Shown: positions 19,828 to 31,045, numbered from the stretch's first letter. The stretch is DNA of 64,000 nucleotides from Desulfovibrionaceae bacterium (GCA_015233395.1 JADFXV010000002.1:8425-72424), one strand, 5' to 3'. The notes: generated from the sequence alone by a model not told the origin. A program made the numbers and translations.

Positions 19828-21639
19828 ATGAACGCATTCACGCTCGTTTTCGTCGCGATGTGCGTTTTCGCCATAGCATACCGTTTCTACGGCCTGTTCA
19901 TCGCGAACAAAGTCCTGAGTCTCAAGGACAACCGCCTGACCCCGGCCGTCAAGATGGCCGACGGCGTGGACTATGTAAACACCAACAAATTCGTTCTGTT
20001 CGGACATCATTTCGCGGCCATCGCCGCGGCCGGGCCCCTGCTCGGGCCGGTGCTGGCCGCCCAATTCGGCTTCCTGCCCGGGGCGCTCTGGATCATCGTC
20101 GGCTGCGTCGTGGCCGGGGGCGTCCACGACATGGTGATCCTGTTCTGTTCGGTGCGCCACAAAGGCCGCAGCATCGGCCGCATCGCCGAGCTGGAAATCG
20201 GCACGGCCACGGGGCACGTGGCTTCCTGGGCGGTGCTGTTCATTTTGCTTTTGACCCTCGCCGGGTTGTCCCTGGCCGTGGTCAACGCCATGCACGACAG
20301 CGCCTGGGGCACGTTCACGGTCTTCGCCACCATGCCCATCGCCCTGCTCATGGGCGTGTATCTGCATGTCTGGCGCCCGAACGACGTCTTCGGCGCGAGC
20401 CTGATCGGCGTCATCCTCCTGTTTGTCGCCGTGGTGGCCGGGCCGCACGTGGCCGCGCATCCGGTGTTCGGCCCCTGGTTCAACCTGAGCCGCAACCAGA
20501 TCGCGCTCATCATCCCGGCCTACGGCTTCGTGGCCTCGGTGTTGCCGGTCTGGGTTCTGCTGTGCCCGCGCGATTACCTGTCCACGTTCCTCAAGATCGG
20601 CACCATCGCCGCGCTGGTGTTCGGCGTGTTCTGGGTCCGGCCCGATCTCCAGATGCCGGCCCTGACCCAGTATATCCACGGCGGCGGCCCGATCATTCCG
20701 GGCAAGGTCTTCCCGTTCGTGTTCATCATCATCGCCTGCGGAGCGCTTTCCGGCTTTCACGCGATCATCGGCACCGGCACCACGCCCAAAATGATCGGAC
20801 GCGAACGCGATGTCCTGTTTGTCGGCTACGGCGCCATGCTCGTCGAAGGCCTGGTGGCCATCATGGCCCTGATCGCGGCCTGCGTCTTGGTTCCGGCGGA
20901 CTACTTCGCCATCAACGCCGCGCCCGCCGCCTTCGCCAAGCTCGGCCTGGACACCGTCAACCTGCCCGCGCTGGCCACAGCCGTGGGCGAAAATATCCAG
21001 GGCCGTCCCGGCGGCGCGGTTTCGCTCGCCGTGGGCATGGCCTACATCTTCTCCTCCGTCCCGTTCATGAAGTCCATGATGGCCTATTGGTACCACTTCG
21101 CCATCATGTTCGAGGCCGTTTTCATCCTGACCGCCGTGGACACCGGCACCCGGGTCGGCCGTTTCTTCCTGCAGGAAATGATCGGCCACGTGATCCCCAA
21201 GTTCAACGAGAAGCGCTGGTGGCCGGGCATCATCATCGCCAGCGCCCTGTTCACGTCGGCCTGGGGCTACCTCGTCTATACCGGAGACATCTCCACCATC
21301 TGGCCGCTCTTTGGCATGTCCAACCAACTCCTGGCCGCCTGCGCCCTGATCGTCGGCACCACGATGATCATTCGCATGGGCAAGGCCAAATACGCCTGGA
21401 TCACGGCCGTGCCCGGCCTGCTCATGACCGTGATCACATTTACCGCCGGAATTGAGTCCGTGACGGACAACTTCCTGCCCAAGGGACTCTACCTGCTGAC
21501 AACCTTGGCGATTGTCGTCATGAGCCTGATGTGCCTGGTGTTCGTGGGGGCGTTTGCGCGTTGGCGGGAACTCTTAAAGATCAAGACCGTCGCCAAGGAC
21601 GAATACGGCGAGGTCGTCCTCGAAACGGTTCCCGAATAG
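19828..21639 (+). CDS. cstA: Carbon starvation protein A family transporter
   Basis: 603-aa polytopic protein. FAIAYRFYGLFIANKVL..VLFGHHFAAIAAAGPLLGPVLAAQFGFLPG is a CstA hallmark. Confidence 0.92.
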   Translation: MNAFTLVFVAMCVFAIAYRFYGLFIANKVLSLKDNRLTPAVKMADGVDYVNTNKFVLFGHHFAAIAAAGPLLGPVLAAQFGFLPGALWIIVGCVVAGGVHDMVILFCSVRHKGRSIGRIAELEIGTATGHVASWAVLFILLLTLAGLSLAVVNAMHDSAWGTFTVFATMPIALLMGVYLHVWRPNDVFGASLIGVILLFVAVVAGPHVAAHPVFGPWFNLSRNQIALIIPAYGFVASVLPVWVLLCPRDYLSTFLKIGTIAALVFGVFWVRPDLQMPALTQYIHGGGPIIPGKVFPFVFIIIACGALSGFHAIIGTGTTPKMIGRERDVLFVGYGAMLVEGLVAIMALIAACVLVPADYFAINAAPAAFAKLGLDTVNLPALATAVGENIQGRPGGAVSLAVGMAYIFSSVPFMKSMMAYWYHFAIMFEAVFILTAVDTGTRVGRFFLQEMIGHVIPKFNEKRWWPGIIIASALFTSAWGYLVYTGDISTIWPLFGMSNQLLAACALIVGTTMIIRMGKAKYAWITAVPGLLMTVITFTAGIESVTDNFLPKGLYLLTTLAIVVMSLMCLVFVGAFARWRELLKIKTVAKDEYGEVVLETVPE

Positions 21640-21703
21640 GCGTACGGCCTGACGGCCAAAATCGCGGGAGCAGAGGGTAACGCCTTTGTCCGCAAGCAAT
21701 CAG

Positions 21704-21738
21704 CCAAGGGAGCGCCGGGTGAGCCGGCGCTCCCTTGG
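21704..21738. terminator. Bidirectional terminator-like hairpin between convergent cstA and the zinc-ribbon gene
   Basis: CCAAGGGAGCGCCGG-GTGAG-CCGGCGCTCCCTTGG, a 15-bp stem followed by TTATTT. Confidence 0.6.
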
Positions 21739-21742
21739 TTAT

Positions 21743-21940
21743 TTACAGCTGCAAAAATTCCCGGCCGCCGCACTTGGGGCAGGTGAAATAGTCCGTGCAT
21801 ACGACGCCGCAGTGGGCGCAGGTTTTCTCGCCGGCTGCGTCCTGATCCTCTCTGATTTGGCCGCACAGGCGGCAATGCGTGAAATCCGCATCGTTCTCGG
21901 CCTGGCATTTGGGGCAGGTCCAGCGTTCTTTTTCCGTCAT
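21743..21940 (-). CDS. Small double zinc-ribbon protein
   Basis: 65 aa with four CxxC pairs (CPKC, CRLC, CAHC, CPKC). GAGAGGA Shine-Dalgarno. Confidence 0.6.
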   Translation of the reverse strand: MTEKERWTCPKCQAENDADFTHCRLCGQIREDQDAAGEKTCAHCGVVCTDYFTCPKCGGREFLQL

Positions 21941-22198
21941 GATGGCATCCTCTCGTCGGTTGGCGCGGCCGCCAAGGTTATTTAGACTTTGACTGAGTAC
22001 CGTGGCGGCGGCGTTGGGTCAATAGCGTGTTTGATTTTTCTTTGTCGCTCAAAAGACGGCGCGCCCGGCCGAATATTTTATAGGGCAATGAGAGAGCAAA
22101 GGAAAGCGCAACGGGGTGGTCTCGGAATTCGGGGAAAAAACGTACTCTTAGACTAAAATCAGTCCACGGGATCAATGAATGCGCACGCAGGAGGTATT

Positions 22199-22765
22199 AT
22201 GAGCAGAGAGACCGAGCCTAGGTTGAGGGAGAAAATGCTCCTTGTCTTCACTGGGAGGTACGGCATCATCGCCATCAATGTGCTGCTGATATTTGTGAGC
22301 GTATTGTCCCTGTTGATCACGTTGCCAATGATCTTCAATGCCGTGGGCAACGTGCTCGAACTGGAAGATACCTACGAATACCTAGGTGTCATCCTGATCG
22401 GATATGGTGTCGCCGTGGAGGAACGTCAATCTTTCATGCGAATATTCAGGCTTTACCCGGCATTCGAGACCAGGCTCCAGCAACAAGTGGATCATATCTG
22501 TCATGAATACGGCTTGTGCTTCTTACTGCTGGGCTTGTTCATGGAAATGTGCGTTGCCTGCATTAAAATACCCAACACCATCGTCAACACCGAGCGCATC
22601 GAAGACATTGTCTTCGCTGCCAGCGCTTTTTTCCTGACCTGGAACACTATCCTGATGCTGCGCCATTGTTGGTTTATGCTCCGCGCAAATACGGATGACC
22701 AAAGATCCGAGCATGAGCACCAGGATGGCGCGATTCGGCAACACGTTCACGCAATAAGAAAATAA
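22199..22765 (+). CDS. Hypothetical polytopic membrane protein in low-G+C islet
   Basis: AGGAGG lies 5 nt before ATG 22199 (MSRETEPRLREKMLLVF..). About 4 hydrophobic helices. No family recognised. Confidence 0.6.
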   Translation: MSRETEPRLREKMLLVFTGRYGIIAINVLLIFVSVLSLLITLPMIFNAVGNVLELEDTYEYLGVILIGYGVAVEERQSFMRIFRLYPAFETRLQQQVDHICHEYGLCFLLLGLFMEMCVACIKIPNTIVNTERIEDIVFAASAFFLTWNTILMLRHCWFMLRANTDDQRSEHEHQDGAIRQHVHAIRK

Positions 22766-22781
22766 AACAACCAGTGCACCG

Positions 22782-23969
22782 TTACGATGTCGTTTTACGG
22801 CTGCATGCGGATAGCGTTTTGCTAAGGAGCCACTCGAAGCTGTATCTCCCGCCAGCCTTGTCCCAGCGCTTCAACACGGGATAATAAACAATCAACAAAA
22901 GGATGGAGGAAGCCAGGGCGAGCGAAGTGCTGGTCAATTCGTGCAAATAATATTTCCCGGTCGCGAGATGGACGATGCGTAGCGGGATGTAAAACAAGGC
23001 GAAATGGCTCACGTAGATTGTCAGGGAATATTTGCTGATTTGCCGGCAATAGTTGAGCGCCAGCCCGGGTTTCGCGTTCGTATCCGGCTTGCTGTCCAGG
23101 ACGTTCCATAAAACGGTGAACACGATCAGCACGACGCCCAAAAGAAACATGGCCATGCTAAAGGACAGCGGGTAGAACGACAGCGGCGTGATGTAGTCGT
23201 TGGCCACGGAGAACGACGGCCGTATTGAACCGGCATAGGCGGTGAACAGCCCCATGAAGGACAAGAGCAGTCCGATGAGCAGTAAATACGGGGTATCGGC
23301 GGCCATGCGGTCCTGCGCCAGCCTTCTGCCGACGGTAAATCCGACGACCGGATAGACGAGCCAGGGCAGCAGCGGGAATTGCCCGGTCAGAAAAAAACCG
23401 ACGGTGTTGTCGAGAACCGTTTGGCCGCCCAGGTAATCCTTGGCCGGGTCGAAAATGAAATTGGGAATAAAGTCGGAGATCCAGCCGACGCTCACGAATT
23501 TTCCGCCGTAAAACGAGGCAATGTCGGTAAAAGACCGAAGCCAGGGCGTTACGAAGAGCACTGCGGCGCAGAGCGCAAGCAGACCCCAAGACGGCGCCCG
23601 GCGACAATACAGCAGCAGGATGGTCATGGCCCCGATGAAGGTCAGGATGTCCCAGTCCCAGAGTTCCTCATACCCCACGATTATCAACAGAAATAACAAC
23701 CCGAAGATGAATATGACCGCGCCGCGCAGCACCACCCGGGAATCGCTCGCGTTTGCGGCGCCCCTCTTTTTCGCCGACAAAACCTGGCTGACGCCGACTA
23801 AAAAAACAAACCAGGAGGCCGCGAAATCGCCGCCCAGCAGATGATTGGACAGGAAATACAACATGGCGTCCGCCCCTTCGCCGCTGGAAAGGAAAATGGG
23901 ATAGTGGCAGATCACCATGCCAATCAGGGCGAGCGCTCGGAGAACATCGACAGAGTCTAACCGTTTCAT
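22782..23969 (-). CDS. Polytopic acyltransferase-like membrane protein (DUF1624/DUF418-like)
   Basis: Start trimmed to ATG 23967-23969 (MKRLDSVDVLRALALIGMVICHY..). The C-terminus has SLTIYVSHF..YSFEWLL, resembling YeiB/HGSNAT-type proteins. That resemblance is from memory. Confidence 0.6.
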   Translation of the reverse strand: MKRLDSVDVLRALALIGMVICHYPIFLSSGEGADAMLYFLSNHLLGGDFAASWFVFLVGVSQVLSAKKRGAANASDSRVVLRGAVIFIFGLLFLLIIVGYEELWDWDILTFIGAMTILLLYCRRAPSWGLLALCAAVLFVTPWLRSFTDIASFYGGKFVSVGWISDFIPNFIFDPAKDYLGGQTVLDNTVGFFLTGQFPLLPWLVYPVVGFTVGRRLAQDRMAADTPYLLLIGLLLSFMGLFTAYAGSIRPSFSVANDYITPLSFYPLSFSMAMFLLGVVLIVFTVLWNVLDSKPDTNAKPGLALNYCRQISKYSLTIYVSHFALFYIPLRIVHLATGKYYLHELTSTSLALASSILLLIVYYPVLKRWDKAGGRYSFEWLLSKTLSACSRKTTS

Positions 23970-24155
23970 ATGCAGCCGTCCCCCGATAAGGTCTTTCCCC
24001 TGGCGTTCAAAGCCGCAAACACACCATTGCGTCCGCCAACGGGACATCCGGTTTTTTCCGTTTTCTGAAGGGAGCCCGCAAAACACTCCCCCCGGCGCAC
24101 GGCGGGGCGCCTTGCGCCCTTGAAATGCAAAAGAGGGGGCCGATTCACCCACGGT

Positions 24156-24893
24156 TCATTCTTTGCGGGCCGTGACCAAGGCCGCGATATTGCCGGACAA
24201 GGCCTGCGTCCGGATGTCCGCGAAGCCCTGCGACGCAAGCTGTCCGGCCAGATGGCCGGGCCAATTCGTGCGCAGCATCAGTTCGGGCAGTTCGCGGAAG
24301 ATCGTCTCCCACTCCGGATAGCGCCAGCGGCTATAGGCCCGAAGCAGTATGAAATAGAACGCGCCCAGGCCGCCGAAGGAACGATCCCGGGTTGGGGCGA
24401 AATCGTGCATGGCCAGGATTCCCCCGGGCCGCAGCATGGCCTTGGCGCCCGCGATCAGCACCGGGAGATCGGCGTATTTGGCCAGATACGAGGAGACGAT
24501 GCAATCGACGCCGGGCTCAAGGACCACGTCCTCGGCCCGGCCCAGGATGAATTCGACGTTGGTCAGACCGGCGTGTTTCGCTTTGCGCCGGGCGAGGCTC
24601 AAGTATTCGTCGCGCAGCTCGACGCCGATGACCCGGGCCAAAGGAAACCGCTTGGCGATCTGGAAGGTGAGGATGCCGGTTCCGCAGGCCTGGTCGACGA
24701 TCCGGGTCGAGCCGGCCGGGATTTGCTTCAGGATCAGTTTTTTCCAGCGGGCGTCCTGCCCGAGGGTGGTCAGGCCGACAATGTGGTCGTAAGTCGGGCC
24801 GGTGCCGGAAAAAAATGTTTCCACCAGCCCAGCGCCAGGGCCATGGGAATCAAGCCGGCTATCGCCCTGGACATGAGAATCCGGTGCGGCCAC
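24156..24893 (-). CDS. Class I SAM-dependent methyltransferase
   Basis: SAM-binding motif IVDQACGTGILT followed by VIGVELRDEYL. GTG start with GGAGGGG Shine-Dalgarno. Confidence 0.8.
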   Translation of the reverse strand: MAAPDSHVQGDSRLDSHGPGAGLVETFFSGTGPTYDHIVGLTTLGQDARWKKLILKQIPAGSTRIVDQACGTGILTFQIAKRFPLARVIGVELRDEYLSLARRKAKHAGLTNVEFILGRAEDVVLEPGVDCIVSSYLAKYADLPVLIAGAKAMLRPGGILAMHDFAPTRDRSFGGLGAFYFILLRAYSRWRYPEWETIFRELPELMLRTNWPGHLAGQLASQGFADIRTQALSGNIAALVTARKE

Positions 24894-24953
24894 GCTTTTC
24901 CCCTCCCCTTACCGCCTGCCTTGCCGTAAAATACGGGGTTGCCCCGGCCTGGC

Positions 24954-25556
24954 CTACTGCACCAACTGTCCGATCCTGTTCCAGCGAACCGAGATCGGGG
25001 AATCGCCCCAGGACCAATAGATGCGCCAGGCCTTGCCCTTGATTTTCGAGCGATCCACGAAGCCCCAGCGCCGCGAATCGTAAGATTCGTCGCGGTTGTC
25101 GCCCATGCAGAAGTATTTGCCCTGCGGCACGGTGATCGGGCCGAAGTTCTCCAGGTCCGAGTCCGAATCCGGATGTTTGAATTGCGTGTAGCTTTCGTCG
25201 ACTTTGACGCCGTTGCGATAGACGACCTTGTCCTTGATTTCGATGGTGTCACCGGGCAGGCCCATGAGCCGCTTGATGAAGTCCTTGGAGGGGTCTTCGG
25301 GAAATTCGAAAACGATGATGTCCTGGAAAGCCGGGTCGCTGATCGGCAGGACCACAATGTCCGTGAAGGGCAGCTTCAGGCCGTATAGGAACTTGTTGAC
25401 CAACAGATGATCGCCGATCTGGAGCGTCTCCAGCATCGAACCCGAAGGAATCTTGAAGGCCTGGACCACCGAAGACCGGATGACCAAGGCCAATATCACG
25501 GCCACGGCCAAGGCCTCGACATATTCCTTAAGCAAACTCTGCCATCTGGGATTCAT
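24954..25556 (-). CDS. lepB: Signal peptidase I
   Basis: 200 aa. Catalytic motifs IPSGSMLETL and GDNRDESYDSRRWGFV. Downstream of lepA. Confidence 0.93.
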   Translation of the reverse strand: MNPRWQSLLKEYVEALAVAVILALVIRSSVVQAFKIPSGSMLETLQIGDHLLVNKFLYGLKLPFTDIVVLPISDPAFQDIIVFEFPEDPSKDFIKRLMGLPGDTIEIKDKVVYRNGVKVDESYTQFKHPDSDSDLENFGPITVPQGKYFCMGDNRDESYDSRRWGFVDRSKIKGKAWRIYWSWGDSPISVRWNRIGQLVQ

Positions 25557-25596
25557 ACGACCCTCTTTTCATTGAAGCTTTTTTTGGGGGAGCGAA

Positions 25597-25642
25597 TCTG
25601 GGGAGAAACCCCTTTTGTGAACAAAAGGGGTTTCTCCCCAGA
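25597..25642. repeat. A-type palindromic repeat (perfect 22-bp arms)
   Basis: TCTGGGGAGAAACCCCTTTTGT-GA-ACAAAAGGGGTTTCTCCCCAGA. Same subtype as the copy at 51453-51490. Confidence 0.9.
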
Positions 25643-25675
25643 CCCCTCTTCCCCAAAAAACTTTAAAGTTTTTAG

Positions 25676-25741
25676 GAGTTGGGAGAATTGGGGGAAGAAC
25701 CTTTTTTTTAAAAAAGGTTCTTCCCCCAATTCTCCCAACTC
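25676..25741. repeat. A-type palindromic repeat, 66 nt with perfect 32-bp arms
   Basis: GAGTTGGGAGAATTGGGGGAAGAACCTTTTTT-TT-AAAAAAGGTTCTTCCCCCAATTCTCCCAACTC. It ends 2 nt from the lepA stop codon. Confidence 0.9.
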
Positions 25742-25743
25742 AT

Positions 25744-27546
<1,803 letters not shown>

Positions 27547-27561
27547 GCGTGGTTTATGGGG

Positions 27562-27598
27562 GTTCGGGGGAGGAGCCCGAAGGGCTCCTCCCCCGAAC
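27562..27598. repeat. GC-rich hairpin between metK stop and lepA start
   Basis: GTTCGGGGGAGGAGCCC-GAA-GGGCTCCTCCCCCGAAC, a 17-bp stem. It shares the GGTTCGGGGGA motif with the repeat at 30052-30062. No U-tract. Confidence 0.7.
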
Positions 27599-27601
27599 AG
27601 C

Positions 27602-28771
27602 TTAGATCTTCAGGGCCGTTTTCAGATCGGCGACGGCGTCGGTGCGCTCCCAGGTGAAATCCGGGCGTTCGCGGCCGAAATGGCCGTAGCAGGAGGAATT
27701 CTTGTAAATCGGGCGGCGCAGATCAAGACGCTTGATGATATAGTACGGACGCAGGTCGAAGACCTCGCGCACGGCGCGGGTCAACTCTTCGTCGCCGATC
27801 TCGCTGGTGCCCTGCGAGGTGACCAGCACCGAAACCGGCTGGGCCACGCCGATGCAATAGGCGACCTGGACCTCGCAACGCTTGGCCACGCCCGCAGCCA
27901 CCACGTTCTTGGCGATGTACCGGGCCATGTAGGCGCCGGAGCGGTCGACCTTGGAGGGGTCCTTGCCGGAAAACGCCCCGCCGCCGTGGTTGCCCATGCC
28001 GCCGTAAGTGTCCTGGATGATCTTGCGCCCGGTCAGGCCGCAGTCGCCCATGGGGCCGCCGATCACGAACCGGCCGGTGGTGTTGATGAAAATCTGGGTG
28101 TTCTTGTCGACCATTTCCTTGGGCAGCACGCTCTCGATGACTTCTTTCTTCACCGCCTCGGCCAAGTCCGGGTACGCGATGTTCTCGTCGTGCTGGCAGG
28201 CCACGACCACGTTGTCGATGCGCACCGGCTTGCCGTTGACGTACTCCACGGCCACCTGGGTCTTGCCGTCGGGCCGCAGAAAATCGAGGACCTTGTTCTT
28301 GCGGACGTAGGCCAGGCGGCGCGACAACTTATGGGCGTAATAGATCGGCATGGGCATGAGCGTTTCGGTCTCGTCGCAGGCGAACCCGAACATCATGCCC
28401 TGGTCGCCGGCGCCCTGCTCTTCGGGGTTCTTGCGGTTGACGCCCATGGCGATGTCGGCGGACTGCTTGTCCACCGAGGAAATCACGGCGCAGGTTTCCC
28501 AGTCGAACCCCATGGTCGAGCTGTTGTAGCCGATCTCCTTGACGGTCTCGCGCACGATGGCCGGGAAATCGGCATAGGCGCTGGTGGTGATCTCGCCGGC
28601 GATGAAAGCCAGCCCCGTGGTCACCAGGGTTTCGCAGGCCACCCGGGCGTCCGGGTCCTGACCGATGATCGTATCCAACACCGCGTCGGAAATCTGGTCG
28701 GCCACCTTGTCGGGATGCCCCTCGGTCACTGATTCTGAAGTGAACAAATACCGGCCTTGAGACGCAATCAT
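27602..28771 (-). CDS. metK: S-adenosylmethionine synthetase
   Basis: 389 aa. Motifs [16 protein letters not shown] and [16 protein letters not shown]. Confidence 0.96.
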   Translation of the reverse strand: MIASQGRYLFTSESVTEGHPDKVADQISDAVLDTIIGQDPDARVACETLVTTGLAFIAGEITTSAYADFPAIVRETVKEIGYNSSTMGFDWETCAVISSVDKQSADIAMGVNRKNPEEQGAGDQGMMFGFACDETETLMPMPIYYAHKLSRRLAYVRKNKVLDFLRPDGKTQVAVEYVNGKPVRIDNVVVACQHDENIAYPDLAEAVKKEVIESVLPKEMVDKNTQIFINTTGRFVIGGPMGDCGLTGRKIIQDTYGGMGNHGGGAFSGKDPSKVDRSGAYMARYIAKNVVAAGVAKRCEVQVAYCIGVAQPVSVLVTSQGTSEIGDEELTRAVREVFDLRPYYIIKRLDLRRPIYKNSSCYGHFGRERPDFTWERTDAVADLKTALKI

Positions 28772-28940
28772 TATGAATCCTCCGTTCCTATTGGCGTGGT
28801 CGTCCCGCCGGCCAGGCCCGCAAGCCTTAAAACCCGGGAGACGCCGTCCCGGCTCACGGCCGGGAATTTACTTTGAGAAAGCGCCGCAACTTGGCACAGA
28901 CCATCGTGAATTGTCAAATTCCAAACGGATGCCGGCGTCT

Positions 28941-29795
28941 TTACCCCGCCGGGCTCAAAAGCAGGTTGTCGATCAACCGGGTCCGGCCAAACCGCATGGC
29001 TGCGGCCGCCAAGGCCCGATCGCCCACCTGGCCGAGCGGCGTCAGCGAATCCGGGTCCACGATCTCCAGATAGTCGATCTCCCCGAGCGGGGCGCGCTCG
29101 CCGCACCAGGCGCGCAACCGGGCGGTCAATGCCTCCGCGCCGGTCTGCCCGCCCCGGACCCAGTCCCTAAGCAAGCGCAATCCCTCGTACAAGGCCGGGG
29201 CCTGGGCGCGTTCGGCCTCGCTCAAATACACGTTGCGGGAACTGAGCGCCAGGCCGTCCGGCTCTCGCACCGTGGGCAGGCCGACGATTTCGGCCGGAAA
29301 GCCCAAATCCTGCGTCAGGCGCTTCAAGATGGCGAGCTGCTGCCAATCCTTCTGGCCGAAAATGGCCATGCTCGGCAAAGACAGCATCAACAGTTTGGCC
29401 ACGATCGTGGCCACGCCGCGAAAATGACCGGGCCGGCTGCCGCCGCACAGCCCCTTGGCCAGCTCCGGCACGTCCACCCAAGTGGCGAACCCGGGCGGAT
29501 ACATGGCCCCGGGCTCGGGAGTAAACATCACGTCCACCCCGGCGGCCTCGGCCAGAGCCGCGTCGCGTCCGGGATCGCGTGGATAGCGCTCAAAATCCTC
29601 GCCCGGGCCGAACTGGGAAGGATTGACGAAGACGCTCAGCGCCACTTTGTCCGCCCGCTCCCGCCCGGCTTCAAGCAAACTGGCGTGGCCGGCGTGCAGA
29701 AACCCCATGGTCGGAACCAAGGCCGTCTTGGCCCCGCTCAACCGCCAAAACCAGCAAACCCGCTGGAACGCCGCCGGATCGGAAATGATGTCCAT
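28941..29795 (-). CDS. panC: Pantoate--beta-alanine ligase
   Basis: VPTMGFLHAGHASLL and VSVFVNPSQFGPGEDF-like motifs. The ORF-track 5' extension (to 30026) runs through repeat DNA, so I trimmed to ATG 29793-29795 (MDIISDPAAF). Confidence 0.9.
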   Translation of the reverse strand: MDIISDPAAFQRVCWFWRLSGAKTALVPTMGFLHAGHASLLEAGRERADKVALSVFVNPSQFGPGEDFERYPRDPGRDAALAEAAGVDVMFTPEPGAMYPPGFATWVDVPELAKGLCGGSRPGHFRGVATIVAKLLMLSLPSMAIFGQKDWQQLAILKRLTQDLGFPAEIVGLPTVREPDGLALSSRNVYLSEAERAQAPALYEGLRLLRDWVRGGQTGAEALTARLRAWCGERAPLGEIDYLEIVDPDSLTPLGQVGDRALAAAAMRFGRTRLIDNLLLSPAG

Positions 29796-29817
29796 AATGA
29801 TCCTCGCTCTCCGGGAG

Positions 29818-30089
29818 CCAAGGGGCTTTGCCCCTTGGAACCCCACCGGGGGATGAACTGCGAGTAAGCGAAGGAAGACCTTCGCAACTCGCAATTGACC
29901 CCCCCGGACCCCCTCGGCAAAGGGCCCGGTTATTTTTTGTCTACACCGTAAAAGATTTTCTCTCGAACTCCATTCAAAAACCTGATTTCGGCGGTGGCCT
30001 GTTTTCGCTGCGCGAAAACAGGCCACCGCCGCGAATAAAGTTTTTGGAAGGGGGTTCGGGGGAAACTTTTTTTCAAAAAAGTTTCCCCC
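29818..30089. repeat. Mosaic repeat cluster (B-core, D, G-unit, hairpin, A)
   Basis: Units in order: CCAAGGGGCTTTGCCCCTTGG at 29818-29838; D unit in reverse orientation at 29856-29896; C7GGAC5 at 29899-29913; hairpin GCGGTGGCCTGTTTTCGC-TGC-GCGAAAACAGGCCACCGC at 29991-30029; GGGGGAAAC-T7-C-A6-GTTTCCCCC at 30058-30089. Confidence 0.9.
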
Positions 30090-30100
30090 GTTCTTCTCTC

Positions 30101-30895
30101 TTACCCGGCCTTGGCTATTTTGAGTATCTTGGCGGCCTGTTCCAGGGCGGGGTCGAGGGCCAAGGCTTTTGCGGCGGCCGCCGCGGCTCCGGGGAAGTCG
30201 CCGCGTTTGGCTTTGACCACGGCGAGGAGCTGGAGCAAAAACGCGTTGTCGCCCAGTTGTTTTTGCGCCTCGGCGAAAAATTTGTCCCCTGCGTCCCAGT
30301 CCCCGGATTTGATCAGGCCGGTTTGGAGCAGGTCGTAGGCCCTGGGATTGGCCGGGCTTTCAAACACCGCCCGGCGGGAAAATTCGATGGATTGCTTGAA
30401 ATTGCCGGTATCGATGAGCCGGGTGGCGACCAGGGGAAAAAGCCCGGTTTCGTCCTTGAATTCGGCCGCCGCCTCGCGGAAGCAGCGCATGGCTTCGTTG
30501 ATGTTCTTGTCGGCGAGCAGCTTGTTGCCCTTGATAACCATCTGGTCGATGAGCAGCTTGCGGGCGCGCATGGCCTCCAGGCTTTCGCGCTTGAGCGCCT
30601 CGTCGATCTGCCTGACCACGGGCAAGAGCGCGGCCAGCATGGATTTTTCATCGCCTTTGACGTAGGCGAGGCCTTTTGGAGCGAATTCCCTGACTTTATC
30701 GAATTTGTTGGCGTTTTGATAGCCTTCGCGCAGCATGGTGTCGATGCGCGCCTTTTCCGGTCCGGCGATCCTGCATTCCAGTAGTCCTCGCAAGGCGCTG
30801 CCCAAGCTCATCAGCGACCGCTGGACGTCGTTGCGTTGATAAAAACTTTTGGCCCGGGCCAGATCTTCCTGAATAGTCTTGGGTGTGCTCGTCAT
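30101..30895 (-). CDS. TPR-like repeat protein, function unknown
   Basis: 264 aa, all-helical, with TPR-like repeats in the C-terminal half (..NPRAYDLLQTGLIKSGDWDAGDKFFAEA..). Confidence 0.6.
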   Translation of the reverse strand: MTSTPKTIQEDLARAKSFYQRNDVQRSLMSLGSALRGLLECRIAGPEKARIDTMLREGYQNANKFDKVREFAPKGLAYVKGDEKSMLAALLPVVRQIDEALKRESLEAMRARKLLIDQMVIKGNKLLADKNINEAMRCFREAAAEFKDETGLFPLVATRLIDTGNFKQSIEFSRRAVFESPANPRAYDLLQTGLIKSGDWDAGDKFFAEAQKQLGDNAFLLQLLAVVKAKRGDFPGAAAAAAKALALDPALEQAAKILKIAKAG

Positions 30896-31045
30896 AGGAT
30901 AACCAGTTGAAAACCAGCTCGTTACAATGTTTCAAAGCCGAAAGCCCCGCCGCTTCCCCACCGGCTCCACCACCCGCTCCCGTTTCACGGAGGCAGAGGG
31001 GACGCTTGTCCCTCCGGCGCAGTCCGGGACGCGGCCAGGACCGCG

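Noticed and set aside
19591-21327. 578-aa minus-strand ORF opposite cstA
   Set aside because: The CstA frame carries unmistakable family motifs. The antisense frame is an Asp/Gly/His/Arg-rich artefact.
28772-28940. SAM riboswitch in the metK leader
   Set aside because: I could not find the conserved SAM-I core or a convincing SAM-II/SAM-SAH pseudoknot pattern by eye. Only generic GC hairpins are present. An Infernal/Rfam scan is needed before any claim.
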